Positions 52,251-64,000 of a DNA stretch of 64,000 nt are shown piece after piece (positions within the stretch are counted from its first letter, which is position 1; each line of letters begins with the position of its first letter). The stretch is from Raillietiella orientalis. Its lineage: Eukaryota. The notes beneath the pieces are model-generated. The model did no database searches. It was not told the DNA's origin and was given only the letters and a program-made list of their open reading frames with translations. The DNA lies in contig JAYWIR010000020.1 in the NCBI GenBank assembly GCA_036172245.1, positions 1,798,001 to 1,862,000 on the forward strand, given 5' to 3'. The translations under genes were made by a program, and so were the position numbers.

Positions 52251-54589
52251 TCTACGCAAGAGTTCCTGTTTTTGGGTGTGCTACATGTTTTCTGCACTCC
52301 TCATCCAGAACCTTTTGTGAGCGACATTGGCATGCATCGACTACTTCAAGATTGCTTTTTGAAATGGCTTCTGGAGCCATTTTAATTTTTTTTTTACGTT
52401 TCCTGAAACGACAAGAGTTTTTTTTTTTTTTTTAGATAGTTTCTCTTCTAATTTCTTTCTTTTTTTTTTTGCCGTTAAATTCCTTAGTGAAGATGTTTCT
52501 TTCTACCGACACATTTGCACAGAACCTGGACGCTCTATCTCACAACTCTGCCACCACGAGAAGGGTCCTGCAGTTCACGTTTCAAAAAAGGTGGTGCACT
52601 AAAAACTCACAGAGAGGTCATCCTTTTGAGAGGTCATTTTTTCAAGTTTTTTTTTCCCCCCTTTCTTTAGAAGCTCAGAAACCTCTACGACGTCAAAACA
52701 TCGTCGCTCGACTTTTTTTTTTTTCCATCTCATTTTTCAGACGTTGGCACTGAAACTCATCAGCATGAGCCGCCAGCACACCGTGTAATCGATATAATAC
52801 GGGAAACAAGAACAATATACCTGACTTGTCAGCAACCTTTCTAAGTCAGCTGCCACCTTTCACTTCACAGCACGCGGAGAAGAGACGGCTCATTTCGTCG
52901 ATACCCTACGCGCGTAGGCTAGATAAAATCCGCTAATAACTCCGCGCAACAATGAAGCGTCCCTGGCTACGTGCAGAATGGCGCGTCAATTTCGTCCAGG
53001 CTTACTACGCGATGGCGAATTTCCGCTGCGTGAGGGCAGGCAGGTAACCTGCCGTTGCCGCGACGACCTGCGTCGGCGTAGAGTCGAGCCGGAGGAGGAG
53101 GAGGAGGAGGAAGGCGGGCGAAGCCGTCCCTGCGCGCATCTCTGAGGAGGAGGAGCCCTCGCTCCCGATGACACACCGTTCCTGTCCGACTTCCCCCGCG
53201 AGTGAGAGCGGCTCCGTCCGCCGCCGTCAGGTTTTTTTTTTTCTGCTGTTTCGCCTGGCCACCCGCACCCGGCCAGGCCGATCCCGACTCCCCCTCCCCT
53301 CGCGCCTGAGCTCATCGGAACCTGAGCGAGGGAGAGGGTTTTACTCTCTGTTCCGCTGCCGCGTAACCCGACACTGCCGGCACTTCGGGAAGAGGCCTCT
53401 CTCCCCCGAGCTCGCAAGGAAACTGCGTAGAACAGATCGGGGAAAGTCGGGACATCGGGAGCGGAATTGGAGGCCTCCCCCCTCTCCTCCTCCTCCTCCT
53501 CAGGGATGCTCTCCCCCCGGAGCCCACGCTTCGATTGGCGGCATCTGGCCTTAACTGCCTGATTCCAGACTCCTGGCGCGTTGTTCCCCTGAGCGAGACG
53601 AAGGGAGAGCTTCTTCCTCCGTGCTCCTCCTCTTCCACTCACCCGCCTATCCCGGCCTGCCCCAGCGTCCCCACGAGTCGGTTCCAAGAGCCGCCAGGAG
53701 GTGAACTCGAGAGCGAAGAGAGTCCGCAGCGCCCCCCCTCCCTCCTCCTCCTCGTCCTCCTTCGGAGAATCCGAGCGACAGAGCTCCACGCCGCCGCCCT
53801 GAGCGCGAGCCGCGTAGGAGCCGCCAGATGCGCGGCGGCACATCTCAGAGAACCCCCGCAGCGACACGCATCTCTTGCCTTTCCGACCTTTTCTGCACCG
53901 TACCCTCCCCACGCCCCACCTATTCGCGGCAGCCGTCTAGGTCCTCCCTGATGTCCCTTGCACGATCGGGACCTCCTCTTCCTCTCCGTTGCCGAGGGCT
54001 ACCGGCGGTTCTGCTGGCCCTCGAGGAAGGATGGGCGAGGGCTATAGCGGCGATGATGTGGAAGAGGGTAGGAGAGGGGACAACAGGAAAGATACGGCCA
54101 AGAAGACATATCGGCCAAGGAAAAGGGGGAGACAAAAAGGTCTCCCTCTTCCTCTTGGTCGAAAAATCGGGATGCAGAATCCCAGGAGCAGAGGTGTAGG
54201 AGGAAGGGCCCGAGCAGCTCCAGGAACCGGCTGCCCGGTCTTCCTCCCTCCCACGGCCTTGTTTTGACGGTCCCAGTCTGGACGTTGCGGGCAACCGGCG
54301 AGCGAGGCGCGGCCGTCTCTTTAGAACCGAGGATCTCCGGGGAGGTCCCAGAGAGATGCCGTGGCGGTCGTCCAGGAGCTCCGTCCTCACGGTGGAACCT
54401 CGGCGCACGCGGATCGGACCTCCGGAAAGATGAAAGGAAGGCGGAGGGTAAGGCGGAGAACCTACAAGGCGTGACGGTAGGATCTTCCGAAGGACGGAGG
54501 ATGGGGGTCAGGAATCGCCACCTGGTCACGCCGGGGCATTTATTGAGATAACAGTGAACTTACAACCTATGATGGGACACGTAGTCCTC

Positions 54590-54870
54590 GCCCGCGCTCT
54601 AATATACAAGAAACCTGTCGGATTCCCTGTACGCAGACCCGTCGAGTTTCACCTCTGCATCCTGGAAAGGATGCAGAGGACGTGGTCAAGCGACAAGTGA
54701 TCCCTTTCCAACAAACATCTCCCTCCCCTCATTTTTTTCTTTTTGTTTCTTTTTGTTTGTGGTCTTCCCTCCCCCTTCGCTGCAGAAACGGACCTCGCTG
54801 GTCTGCAGACCGGTGACCTACAAGCTGGAGTGACGTGGTGAACGAAGTGGTTCACCACCACACGACAATT
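54590..54870 (+). mobile_element. Short LINE 3' end copy
   Basis: Collinear with 11780-11970 (GCATCCT...ATGCAG, CCCTTTCC, T-rich tract, CCCTCCCCCTT). Contains a 12-bp perfect hairpin at 54652-54679. Confidence 0.65.
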
Positions 54871-54899
54871 ACTTTGTAATTTTATTATTACTATAATAA

Positions 54900-55640
54900 A
54901 TACCCCCGCAAATCCGGGTGATGAACCTCAGCAGCTGAGGGGAGGGAGAAAACGAAAAGAAAAACAAAATAAAAAATAAACGAGAACACTGCGGAGGGCC
55001 GGGAAAGGATCGCCGTCCACTGAAGAAAGCCTTCTGCATCCTATTCCGTGTGATGTCGGTCAATTCCGTCGGTCTGGCTCCCAGGTGAGACCATCTGGCC
55101 GCTGCCCGCAGAAAGCGGACTGCGTGCTCGACGGCGTCCCTTTCGTCCCTTCAGCGTCGCTCCAGGCCATCACAATCCCGCGGAGGCAGCGAAGAGCTGC
55201 TAGGGCTGCGACCGACGGAAAGGCATCCCGTCCCGCACGAAGAGGACCCGTAAAACGTGCCTGTGGTTGCCAACCGGGATCCGCAGGGTGGTCGTTCCAG
55301 AACGTTCCCATATGGACCGGAGGGCAACGACACAGTCCGCCAGCACGTGCAAGAGGGGGGATTCCCGTTCCCCGCACCTGCGACAGTCCCCCTAGTCACT
55401 GCTCCCCTCCCACCCCTAGGCCCCAGTGGTGTCGGCGGGAGTTGCAAGGAAGATCCCAGTGCAACAGAAAGAGTGACGAATCCCTCTACTTCAGGAAGAA
55501 GAGTGCTGCTGTTGTCGAGTGCCGGGGGCCTCCCGGTCTCTGCTGGGGATACTGAGTAGCTCATCTTAACGCTGTGATCCTCGTGGAAGGGCACTCGGGG
55601 TCTCTGCAGCCCATGGCCAGCTGCCCCATGGTCCAACCAC
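54900..55640 (-). mobile_element. LINE 3' end copy (zf-RVT-like and 3' UTR)
   Basis: Reverse complement aligns with 24430-24820. Peptide remnant ERESP.LHVLADC...LRSIW. Confidence 0.75.
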
Positions 55641-57249
55641 CCATCTCCTTCCTTACGCCTACGATCTCTCAGGAGACTTCCCACCTCGCCTGTTGGCTAC
55701 TGGGTAGGGCCAGGAGAGGACAGACGGCAAGGTGTCCGTTTTGAAGTGCTCGATGGAATTGGCCCTCGCCCCCTCTGCTTCCGGGAGATCCGACTTTGCG
55801 CGCGAGCGCGTGAGAGAGAAGGGCAGAGTAACTCGGTCTTCCGGAGGTGGTGAGGGGGGAGAAACACACAGAAGGAAAATTCGGGAAATTGAAAGTCGTG
55901 CCTTTCGGGAAAGCCACGAAGAAACTGGGAGCGCCTAGAGGAGAGAGCAGGTAGAGAGATGCTGCCTGGAGCGCTGCCGGCAGATGGAGATTCGTGGGAA
56001 AGAGAGACACGGAACATGAGGATTCTGCCGGCTTTCCGGGCGTGATAGCTGTCGGCGCTCCCCACTGAAGTTCGGTGGAGCTAGGAAACAAAAAAAAAAA
56101 AGAGAGAGAAAGAGAGAGAGGCACGGTTTGCACGTTGCATGGGAATGGACCGAGGGGAGCAGGTAGGACCTCTGGCGCAGGCGCAAGGGCAATAGATTCT
56201 GCCGAATCGCAGATTTCCGGGTCAAGTGCACTCCCGAAGCTGGAGACCGGTATTTTCTGGGAGTAGGGGTGTTTGTGTGTGCGGAGGGCTACTTCTTTCC
56301 CCTCCCATCACCTCTTTTTATTGCCTGCCTCCGCCTTGAGGTCGGGCAAGAGACGAGAAGGCCACGGCGGCCTCGCAGACTCTTCACTAAGGAGAGGCGA
56401 GTGGAGGAGATTCCGAATGTCGGCAGAAGTGAACCGAAAAGGTTGCCGCGGCATTGCTGATCCATCAGTTCGAACCAGGGGGTTCCTTCATGGTGGCGCC
56501 TGGGGACGGTTCGGATCTCCAGTAGCGACATCAAGGGATGGAAATCCTCTGAAGATGTGGGTGCTCGCCGAGGCATTTGCCATGGAGGAAAAGCCGCGCG
56601 AATCCCCCACAGGATGGGGTGACTGCTCGAGTCCGTTCCGTTCCCGGGAGGCGTGCAAACGGATCCTCGGAGGAAGCGCGCGAACGAGGGCACGCCCCGA
56701 CAATGTCTGCGCGCTTCACGGTCGCGCGCCCGTCACGCCCGCCGTCGACAGCCAGCCGAGTCGCGACCTCGAGGCGTCCGCCCGACATGTGCTTCCTGCT
56801 AACCGATAGGCGGCAGCGCCGGTGCCAGCATCGCCCTGCTTGCTTCCCGTCTCGGAGCTCACTCCGAAGAACGTCCATCCGGGTCTTCACGCGGCTTCCA
56901 GTCCTTTTCTTAGCCGGCATTCCAGGGTGGGCAGGCGCGATACGATCTCTTCCCCACCGTTTCCTTCCCTCGCGTCTGGTGGGAGACATTGCTCTCTCCG
57001 CGATCCCGAAGTCCTTCGCGGGCAGCCGTCGTTCCGAAAGGCTTCTTTGGGCAAGAGTTTCTTCCTGTTGAGGCGCGTCACTTGACCGATGTGCGCGCGC
57101 AACGGGTGTTGACCGCCCGCCACCTGCAGCCGACACGGACTCTTTTCTCCGATCACGCCGTGCACATCTCTCTTCACGATGGATGCCGCGTGCTCACGAG
57201 ACGCGCGACAAAGGAGGCCTCGTACTCTTCAGCCAGTGGAAGCATTCTG

Positions 57250-58350
57250 AGGAGCACGTAGTATCAGAAGAAGCAATGATGGGATGGTCGGACGGGATGC
57301 AAGAACCCTCGCGTCAGTCGTCCGGCGCATCTGCATATAACGGACACTCTTTAACAAACTGATTGTGAGTGGCACATGGATGTAATTCTTCAAACCGAGA
57401 TGTGAGATAATGGACAATGCACAGTTTGCAATCTGAATTACATTTTGTCATGAACTCAATGAGACGTGATCTCCTACATCTCGATTTTTCCTCCCCAAGC
57501 ACACCTTCTCGCTTTGTTCGTTTAAGATGATTTGGTCTAATCTTTCAAACGACGAATTCAAAATGGCCAAGCATCCAAGTTGAGGTGGAAATGCATCGCT
57601 GGAAATTTCCAGACGCTCACATGAAACCGAAAATGTCTTCCTTGCCAAGAAAAATAATGCAATTTTTATATGGAAGCAAAGGAAGGAAAGCGATTTTCGA
57701 TTTTAAAAATTGAAACTTTCAGTCTTTATTGTTCTTCCGGTCCGTTGAGGAACTAAGCTCAGAAAGAGCTCCGCTTTTTCTGCTTCTAAGCAACTATGCA
57801 TTTCCTTAGTGATCTCCATTGAAAATTTGTCGTGAGAAACTACCTGAACACATCTTATATTCATATTGGTTAAAGACAAGGAGATCGAACATTTCAAGAG
57901 TTTCCACCTAATGGAACGAAAATTGAAGCACTGATTTCTACAAGTTTTTTTTTTTTCTTCCTTGCACTTGTTGCACATTAATGAGTGTTGTTTGGAACAT
58001 CGTTAGGAGACACGTCTGGGAAACCTCAAGATTTTTATGTTTCCACATGTGGGTTTGGCTTGGAGTTGATTTTACTTTTACGTGTTCTGCTCGCATTAGG
58101 AAAATTAGCAATTAAGTTTCAGATTGCGACGGGACCTACGTTGGTTCCATCGCAGCTCCCCGTTTGCCCGTTGCATCCCGCTTCCCGTCGCGGCTGTGCT
58201 TGCTCACCAGACAGGGTCTCAAGAGCCGGCTCTACGGATTCCAACCAGGATCGCATCATCACAATTCCGGGAAAAATCGATGCTAAAATTTACAAAAAAA
58301 CACATCGAGCGCGCTGCACGTACTGTTTTCGAACCTCCCTATTGCTCTTA
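57250..58350 (+). mobile_element. Possible hAT transposase remnant
   Basis: Ordered fragments QCTVCNLN (~HCxAHxLNL), KLRW (~TRW) and MHFLSDL, in different frames. Confidence 0.3.
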
Positions 58351-59399
58351 TTATGTCTCTTTCTTCGCTCTTTTTGCTCCGCTCCAACACCATCGCGAAA
58401 GGAATTCAGAGAGCCGTGTGCTTCGATCAGGGTATTGCGTCATCAACAATGTTTCCAAAGGCGCGTGCATGCTATTTTTAGGTGTTTCCGTTTAGCGTTC
58501 GCTGTTTCAAGCGCATTGTTGGCATTGTGGGGAGGGGGGGGAAGGGATGAAAGGGGGATGGGGGGGGGGGGAAGAGAAGTGCACAAAGAGAACACGAGAT
58601 TCCAACAGCCTGCGTTTCCGAGCAGCGGTTCGACGTGCCGTCCGAAGAAGACTCTCGAGATATTCGCACGAACGCGAAGGCACAGAGTCCTATTTTCGAT
58701 TGCTTTCGATTGCTTGTCCTCACTGTGCACGGCCGTTGAGGGATCGGTGAGGACGGCACGCTCCCACGTGCTGGTAAGAGGATCCAGGGAACCGTTTCCA
58801 GGGAACCGCACCGATTTTGTGGAAAGGAGTCTCTGGCGTGCACTCGTGCAACGAGATTTCGTGCCGCCGCACCGTGCTAGTAGCGCGGTTACCGACCGAA
58901 CGACTGATGGTTTCCCTTTGTCTAAACGAAAAGATGTTCTGTGATTCTGGTTTTATAGCCTGGAGAGTGGCATCGCCTGAGAGGTAGTCAGTCAGTCTCT
59001 CCGAGGAACGACCTCCCTGGCATGCTGCTCCGTCTCCTCGCGCTCGCTGGCGATAGGACGTCCCCCCGGAAGACACACAAGAGGACGCAGCACAGCCAAT
59101 TATGGAATGAAGGGGAACGAGAAATGCACAGACGAAACACCAAACTCCTTGTTTCCCTTTCATTTTTCTGGTCTCCCTTTCATTTAGGAAAGCGATCATT
59201 TCAGTTTCCGCATGCCCCTCTCCGGCTGGAGCTGTCTAGAGCTTGCCATCACTGTCGCTGACCCTTAACCTCAAAACTTTACCACCCTGACTTTGTTGGT
59301 ACTGCTAGAATTTTAGGTTACTTGCACTTTCTTGAGCCATTCCGCTCGATGTTTCCTGTTACAGGACAATGCTCTACTCGGAGGACATAGTCTAGACAG

Positions 59400-60300
59400 T
59401 TTCAGTCATTCGCGACAGCAGTTCTTGAAAGGAAAAGTTGTCGGACATTTCCCTTTTTGACTTTGCTATTCTGCACGAGGAAGCCGAACTGCTCCAAGTG
59501 GAAGACTGTGCTCCTTAAGAGTACGTGGAATGGCCCTTCTCACGGAGCGGGGGATTCATCGCCATCTTGTAAGCATTAGGAACCATCTGTTGCCATTAGA
59601 ATGGGAAGAACGGAGCATCCAGTTGTGTGGATGAACTCTCTTTCCCTCCTTTTGTCAGGCGTTGATCCCCACGAACATTCCTCCTCCTCCGTCCTCCTTC
59701 CACAAAAAACGAACTAGGTGCATTACTTTCCTTGTCCCACAAGAATGTTCCTGCTCTTTTTGCCTCCCATACAACCTCATCCTGTGGCTGGCGATCCTCA
59801 ACAAAAGCCTCGTTCAAGAGGAAAACTTGCTTGAATGCCTGGCTGGAACCTATCGATCACAGCCACCGGGTGCCGCCACATCCCCAGAAGCCCTGCTTGC
59901 TCCCAGGTTTCCTCAGACGGCGCAGCAACAGGACAGTAACCAACTGTCAGATCCCACAAGCTCTCTGCAGCTCTCCTCTACCCAAGAAGAGTGTTGATAT
60001 CTTTCATAAACATGCGTGCAATGGCAACGAATTTCTTCAAGGATGCTGCGGCTCGGAATGCGAGGCACCTGCTTTTGGCACCTCTATAGAACGGGCACGC
60101 TGGCCTCGCTGATCTTCCCTTTAGGGGGGGGGGAAGGGGGAGGAGATCCCTCTAGGACAATTTTCTCAGTCTCTCTCTTAGTTGCGATTTCTCCATCTGC
60201 AGAGAACACCTTCAGCCCACACTCTGCCAAAGTTCTGCTTGAAGTCACTCCTTACGTCTTGAACTGATCCCTTTCCACCCCTGCTGCTCCTGGACTCCTC
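59400..60300 (-). mobile_element. Possible hAT transposase remnant
   Basis: GCGGTRWL (~TRW motif) on the minus strand at ~59870. Confidence 0.25.
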
Positions 60301-60829
60301 ATTTCGATGCTTAAAAAAACGGTGCTGGCAGAAACGTTCAGTGCTTCCCCGTTTCGGGGTCGCCAGATACCAGATGTTCTTGAGAAAGATATGGACATTC
60401 GGATTATCAGTCCTGCTAGGATCCGAGACCATTCCTAGTTATTCGGGACGGTTATGGATTGTCCCAGAGGACTCACATGAACTTGGTGCATCTCCGGTCA
60501 CTCTGTCGATTTTCTTGCGCTCCTGCACTAGCGCCGGACACGATAAAAAAAGAAAAAAAAAACGCAGAAACAGCGTTGCTTCTTCACTGACAGCGCTTTC
60601 CGTTGACCAAAGCTACCTGATCTCGGGGAGGATATGCGTTGTTAGAATGGAAAAGACCTAACAGGAGGAGGACCGTGGTTTCCGCTCTCGGAATAGGCCC
60701 TCCTCCAGCAAACATACACGCCCAATGCCTATAAATTCACAGATTCCAAGGGAGAAAGAGGGAGATGTGTGATCCAGGGATGGAGCTCACGCCGGAGCGT
60801 ACGTATCCTTCCTTGTGCGACCACCGCAC

Positions 60830-61900
60830 TGGAGGCGCGTCGCGCTCGTTTCCCACGTCCACGTGTGGAGAACTTTGTTTCCGACGTCTCTCTCTTGGTT
60901 TCCGAAGACTCCATCTTTCATCCCGGTCGCTTCGGTCCGACGGTTCTTTCGAACCGCGGTGGCCATTGCTGTCGGAGGAGCTGAATGGTTCGAAAATCGG
61001 ATCCAGGATGAGGAGGTTTCTCGACTCGAGGGCCGGGGATCAGAGTGCTCAATGGAGTCGGTCTTGAGTTGGTTTCAGGGAAGACACTCGACATGCTGAG
61101 CACTGGAGTCTCAAGTCGCAGAAACCCGGTCCAGCTTGGGAACGGACGATGTCGAAATGCCGAATAGTTGAGGAGCAACTTTTCCGCCATTGGCAGTCGG
61201 CGTGCAGAACCGGAGCGCCTTTGTCTGGTTCGGTTCTTCCGTTGTTTCCCGCCGGTGTTGCGGACGCCATGTAGGTATGGCCGGGTGGCTCTCAACATTC
61301 GAAATGCGTGCTCGGAAGGCGGGTTAGCGGTCAAAAGGGAAGTGGACATGCTGGCGAAAGCTCTTGCGCTCGAACCAGGAACATGCGCGGGGCCCTCGCG
61401 TGCTGGCGTTGCCCGCCAACAGTGGAGGATGGATGGACGGCGTGTCGTTCCACAGCCTCAGTCCGCTTTCAAGAGTGACGTCCCCGGCTCAGCCATTTCT
61501 CGAGATCGTGGGCACCATGGATTCTCGAAGGTGGGGCAAGCCGCTGACAGAAGCCGCGAAATTCGTAGCTGCGAGTGGTTGCTGGAAACGCACAGTTGCA
61601 GGGCGCCATCTGGCGTTCGGTTTGTTCTCACACCGCAAGTTCTTTTTTTTTTTGTATCTATTTTTTTGAATTCCTCGAACAAGAACCGAGGCATTCGAAA
61701 TGACTTGCGCAATCTTCCGTTTTCCCGGAGGCGAACGAGATTTCTTGGGAAAGCAGCAGGTGCAGCGTCGGCCTCGCAAGGTTTCCACAGCTTTCGGTAC
61801 CCCCAGATCTGCGTGCTACCGAAAGACGGGTTCGTGGGGCTGCAGCTCTGGGATCGGGCAGCGACCACCTGCGTCAAGTCCTCCGATCGGTGTCTGTGTC
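60830..61900 (+). mobile_element. hAT-like remnant related to 433-1010
   Basis: Nucleotide similarity to 433-640. SGGWMDGVSFHSL resembles 'D.Wt....sf.sl'. Confidence 0.35.
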
Positions 61901-64000
61901 ACCCTCCCGTGTTTTCACAGAGGTGTGTTGTGTTGCTGCGTTTGTCCTCTGACTTTATTTTTATTTTATTTCAATTTTTGTTGTCTGTTTCTGTCTTGAC
62001 GGTCCCTGAAAAACGAATCTGGGCAAAAAAGACTTCTTGTTCCACCTTGTTATACTCTGCTGTGGAGTGTGCTTGGACTTTCCGCACTTTCCTCGTGCAG
62101 TGCATTGATCCTACAGGCAGCTTCTTCTAGCTTCCTCTACGGTCACCTCTACTGGATAATTGTTTTCCTCCGGAAGACCTCTTTCTCCCTTCCTCCTCCT
62201 CCTCCCTCTCTTTCTTTTCTGTTTCCTCTCTCTTTCTCCTCCTCCTCCTCTTTGTTGGAGCCCCCTCGGAGCTCCAGAGTAGTGTACGCCCGTGCGGCGT
62301 TCCGACAGCCGCGGCCACGACCGCCTGCGACATTTCCAGAGACCCTGGGTTCCCCCGCCTGTCCAATTTCTGTCCTGCTCTCTCTTCATGGTGTCTTGTT
62401 GACGCCTCCTCCTCCTCCGGCGACCTCGATTCCACACCGGGATGTGGAACTTTTCCTTAGGCGCCACTCTTCCGGTCGCTCCTTCGGATCGCCGCGCGCG
62501 CTCCACGCTCGCTCTCAGGAGTCTGCGAGCATCCGCCCACCTGACCACTGCCGGCCGCGGGGGCAGGTCTGAGCGGGAGGACTGTAGGGAGCGCGTCGGT
62601 CGGTTCGCGGACGGATGCGAGTGCTGGCACCGGGGCTCACGGGACTGTGCGGTCGGGGCACTCCACCCCCAGTCTTGCGTGCACGTGCGAAGGTCTTCCT
62701 CTGCTTCTTTCGCATCTCCTCCTCCTATCCTGGAAGCGTCTTCGGAGCGAGCGAGCGGGAAACGCTCTCCCCGCACCCTCTAGCTGCTCTCCCGCCTTCC
62801 AGCCTCCGGTGCCGGCGATGCGACTCACTCAGAGTGGCTCTGGAAGAGCGCGAGTCTTCGACGTATCCTCGTCGCCCCCTCCTTCCTACCGGCGGGAGCC
62901 TACGAGACCGGCCTGCGGACCTCTTCGGGCCTATGATCTGCCCATCCCCTTCCCGGAGCTGACCGGGGCAGTGCCTTCTGGGACTCCCACGCCCGCGGGC
63001 GGGTCGCCTTTCCGGGCTCCCTCAGGGGAGCGGTAGCGGGAAACGACCTTGACGAGGGCGCTCGAGGCGCCCCCTTGCAGGGTCAGCGGCGGGGCAAAGA
63101 GACGCAGAGGGTGCCTGAGGAGCAGTGCGCGCCACCGCCCGACCTTCCCGCTCAGGTTCTCAGGGCGTCGGGGCACCTCTGCCGACTGACGGATTCATGT
63201 AGACGGAGGGGTAGCTCCCCTCCCTGTTCTGCGTGGCTATCCCAGGACGTGCCGAAGGATCGAGGCGGGGTCAGGCAGAGCGACCGTGAAGCAGCGGGCG
63301 GCGGCGGCCCGCCTGACCGTGAAGCAGCCGTCCCGAAAGCGTTGGTCCGGCGGGTTCGCAACCAAGGCGAGCGTCCCGAGGGCGAGGACGCGCGTGCCGA
63401 GAAGTCTCGGAAAGGACGGGGAAGGTTGGGGGAGGGGGGGAGAAGGCGTCGTCTCTGCACTCGCCTTCGAGGCGCCGCCGCTGAAGGACGAAGCGGGCCA
63501 GCGGCGCCACCACCCCCTCCGCCACCGGCGGGGAGGGGAGGGGACGCAGCCTCCGTGGTGCCGCCTTTCCGCTCAGGAAGCTGCCGACCGCACCTGCGGC
63601 GGCGGCAGTGAAGGAGGAGGGGGTAGGTCAGCAGCGCGGGCAGCGCAGAGCCGTTTCGCCGGGCGCCCTTCCGGGAAGCGGGCGACGGGCCCGCCGCCGT
63701 CGGTCCGAGGGAACCTGCGCGGCCGCGTGGACCTCCAGAGAGGGAGGGAGAAGAAGAGTTGCGCCGGCTATTCGCAGCTGCTGCTGCCCGGGTGCTCCGC
63801 CCTCCCCGTTCTCCGACCCTACCCGCGAACGCCGCCACCCCGTTTTCTGGCAACGTCTCTCGGGAGGAGAGAGGCCACCTTAGCGGCTGTCGCGTGCTTC
63901 CGGCCGGCGGCGCGCCGATCCAGGTCTTCCGCTCTCTTCCGGGAACGCCCGCTGGATCACGACCGAGAGGACGCTCTAGCGGACGGCTGCGCGCGCGCGC

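Noticed and set aside
57985..58944. 319-aa ORF as a real gene
   Set aside because: Non-ATG start, homopolymer-derived residues, no motifs, and overlap with a probable transposon fossil.

Overview
Eukaryotic nuclear DNA, with no prokaryotic, rRNA or CRISPR features. Small AT-richer islands holding spliced minus-strand genes (many 50-63 nt GT-AG introns) sit in a GC- and CpG-rich background of heavily decayed L1/Tx1-like LINEs and hAT-like DNA transposons. Three main observations. (1) Hand-built exon chains repeatedly run through in-frame TAA/TAG, often next to CAA/CAG, and end at TGA. This suggests the UAA/UAG=Gln genetic code (table 6), which would make the supplied ORF track misleading; it is suggestive, not proven. 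(2) A ~1.0 kb near-identical inverted repeat (5532-6546 / 11223-12238) is built from the 3' ends of two otherwise diverged LINE copies and lies in a putative 11 kb intron. (3) This LINE family recurrently carries an antisense tRNA-like (T-arm/B-box) module beyond its 3' end, plus a conserved 3' stem-loop. All protein-family assignments come from motif recognition by eye, not from searches.
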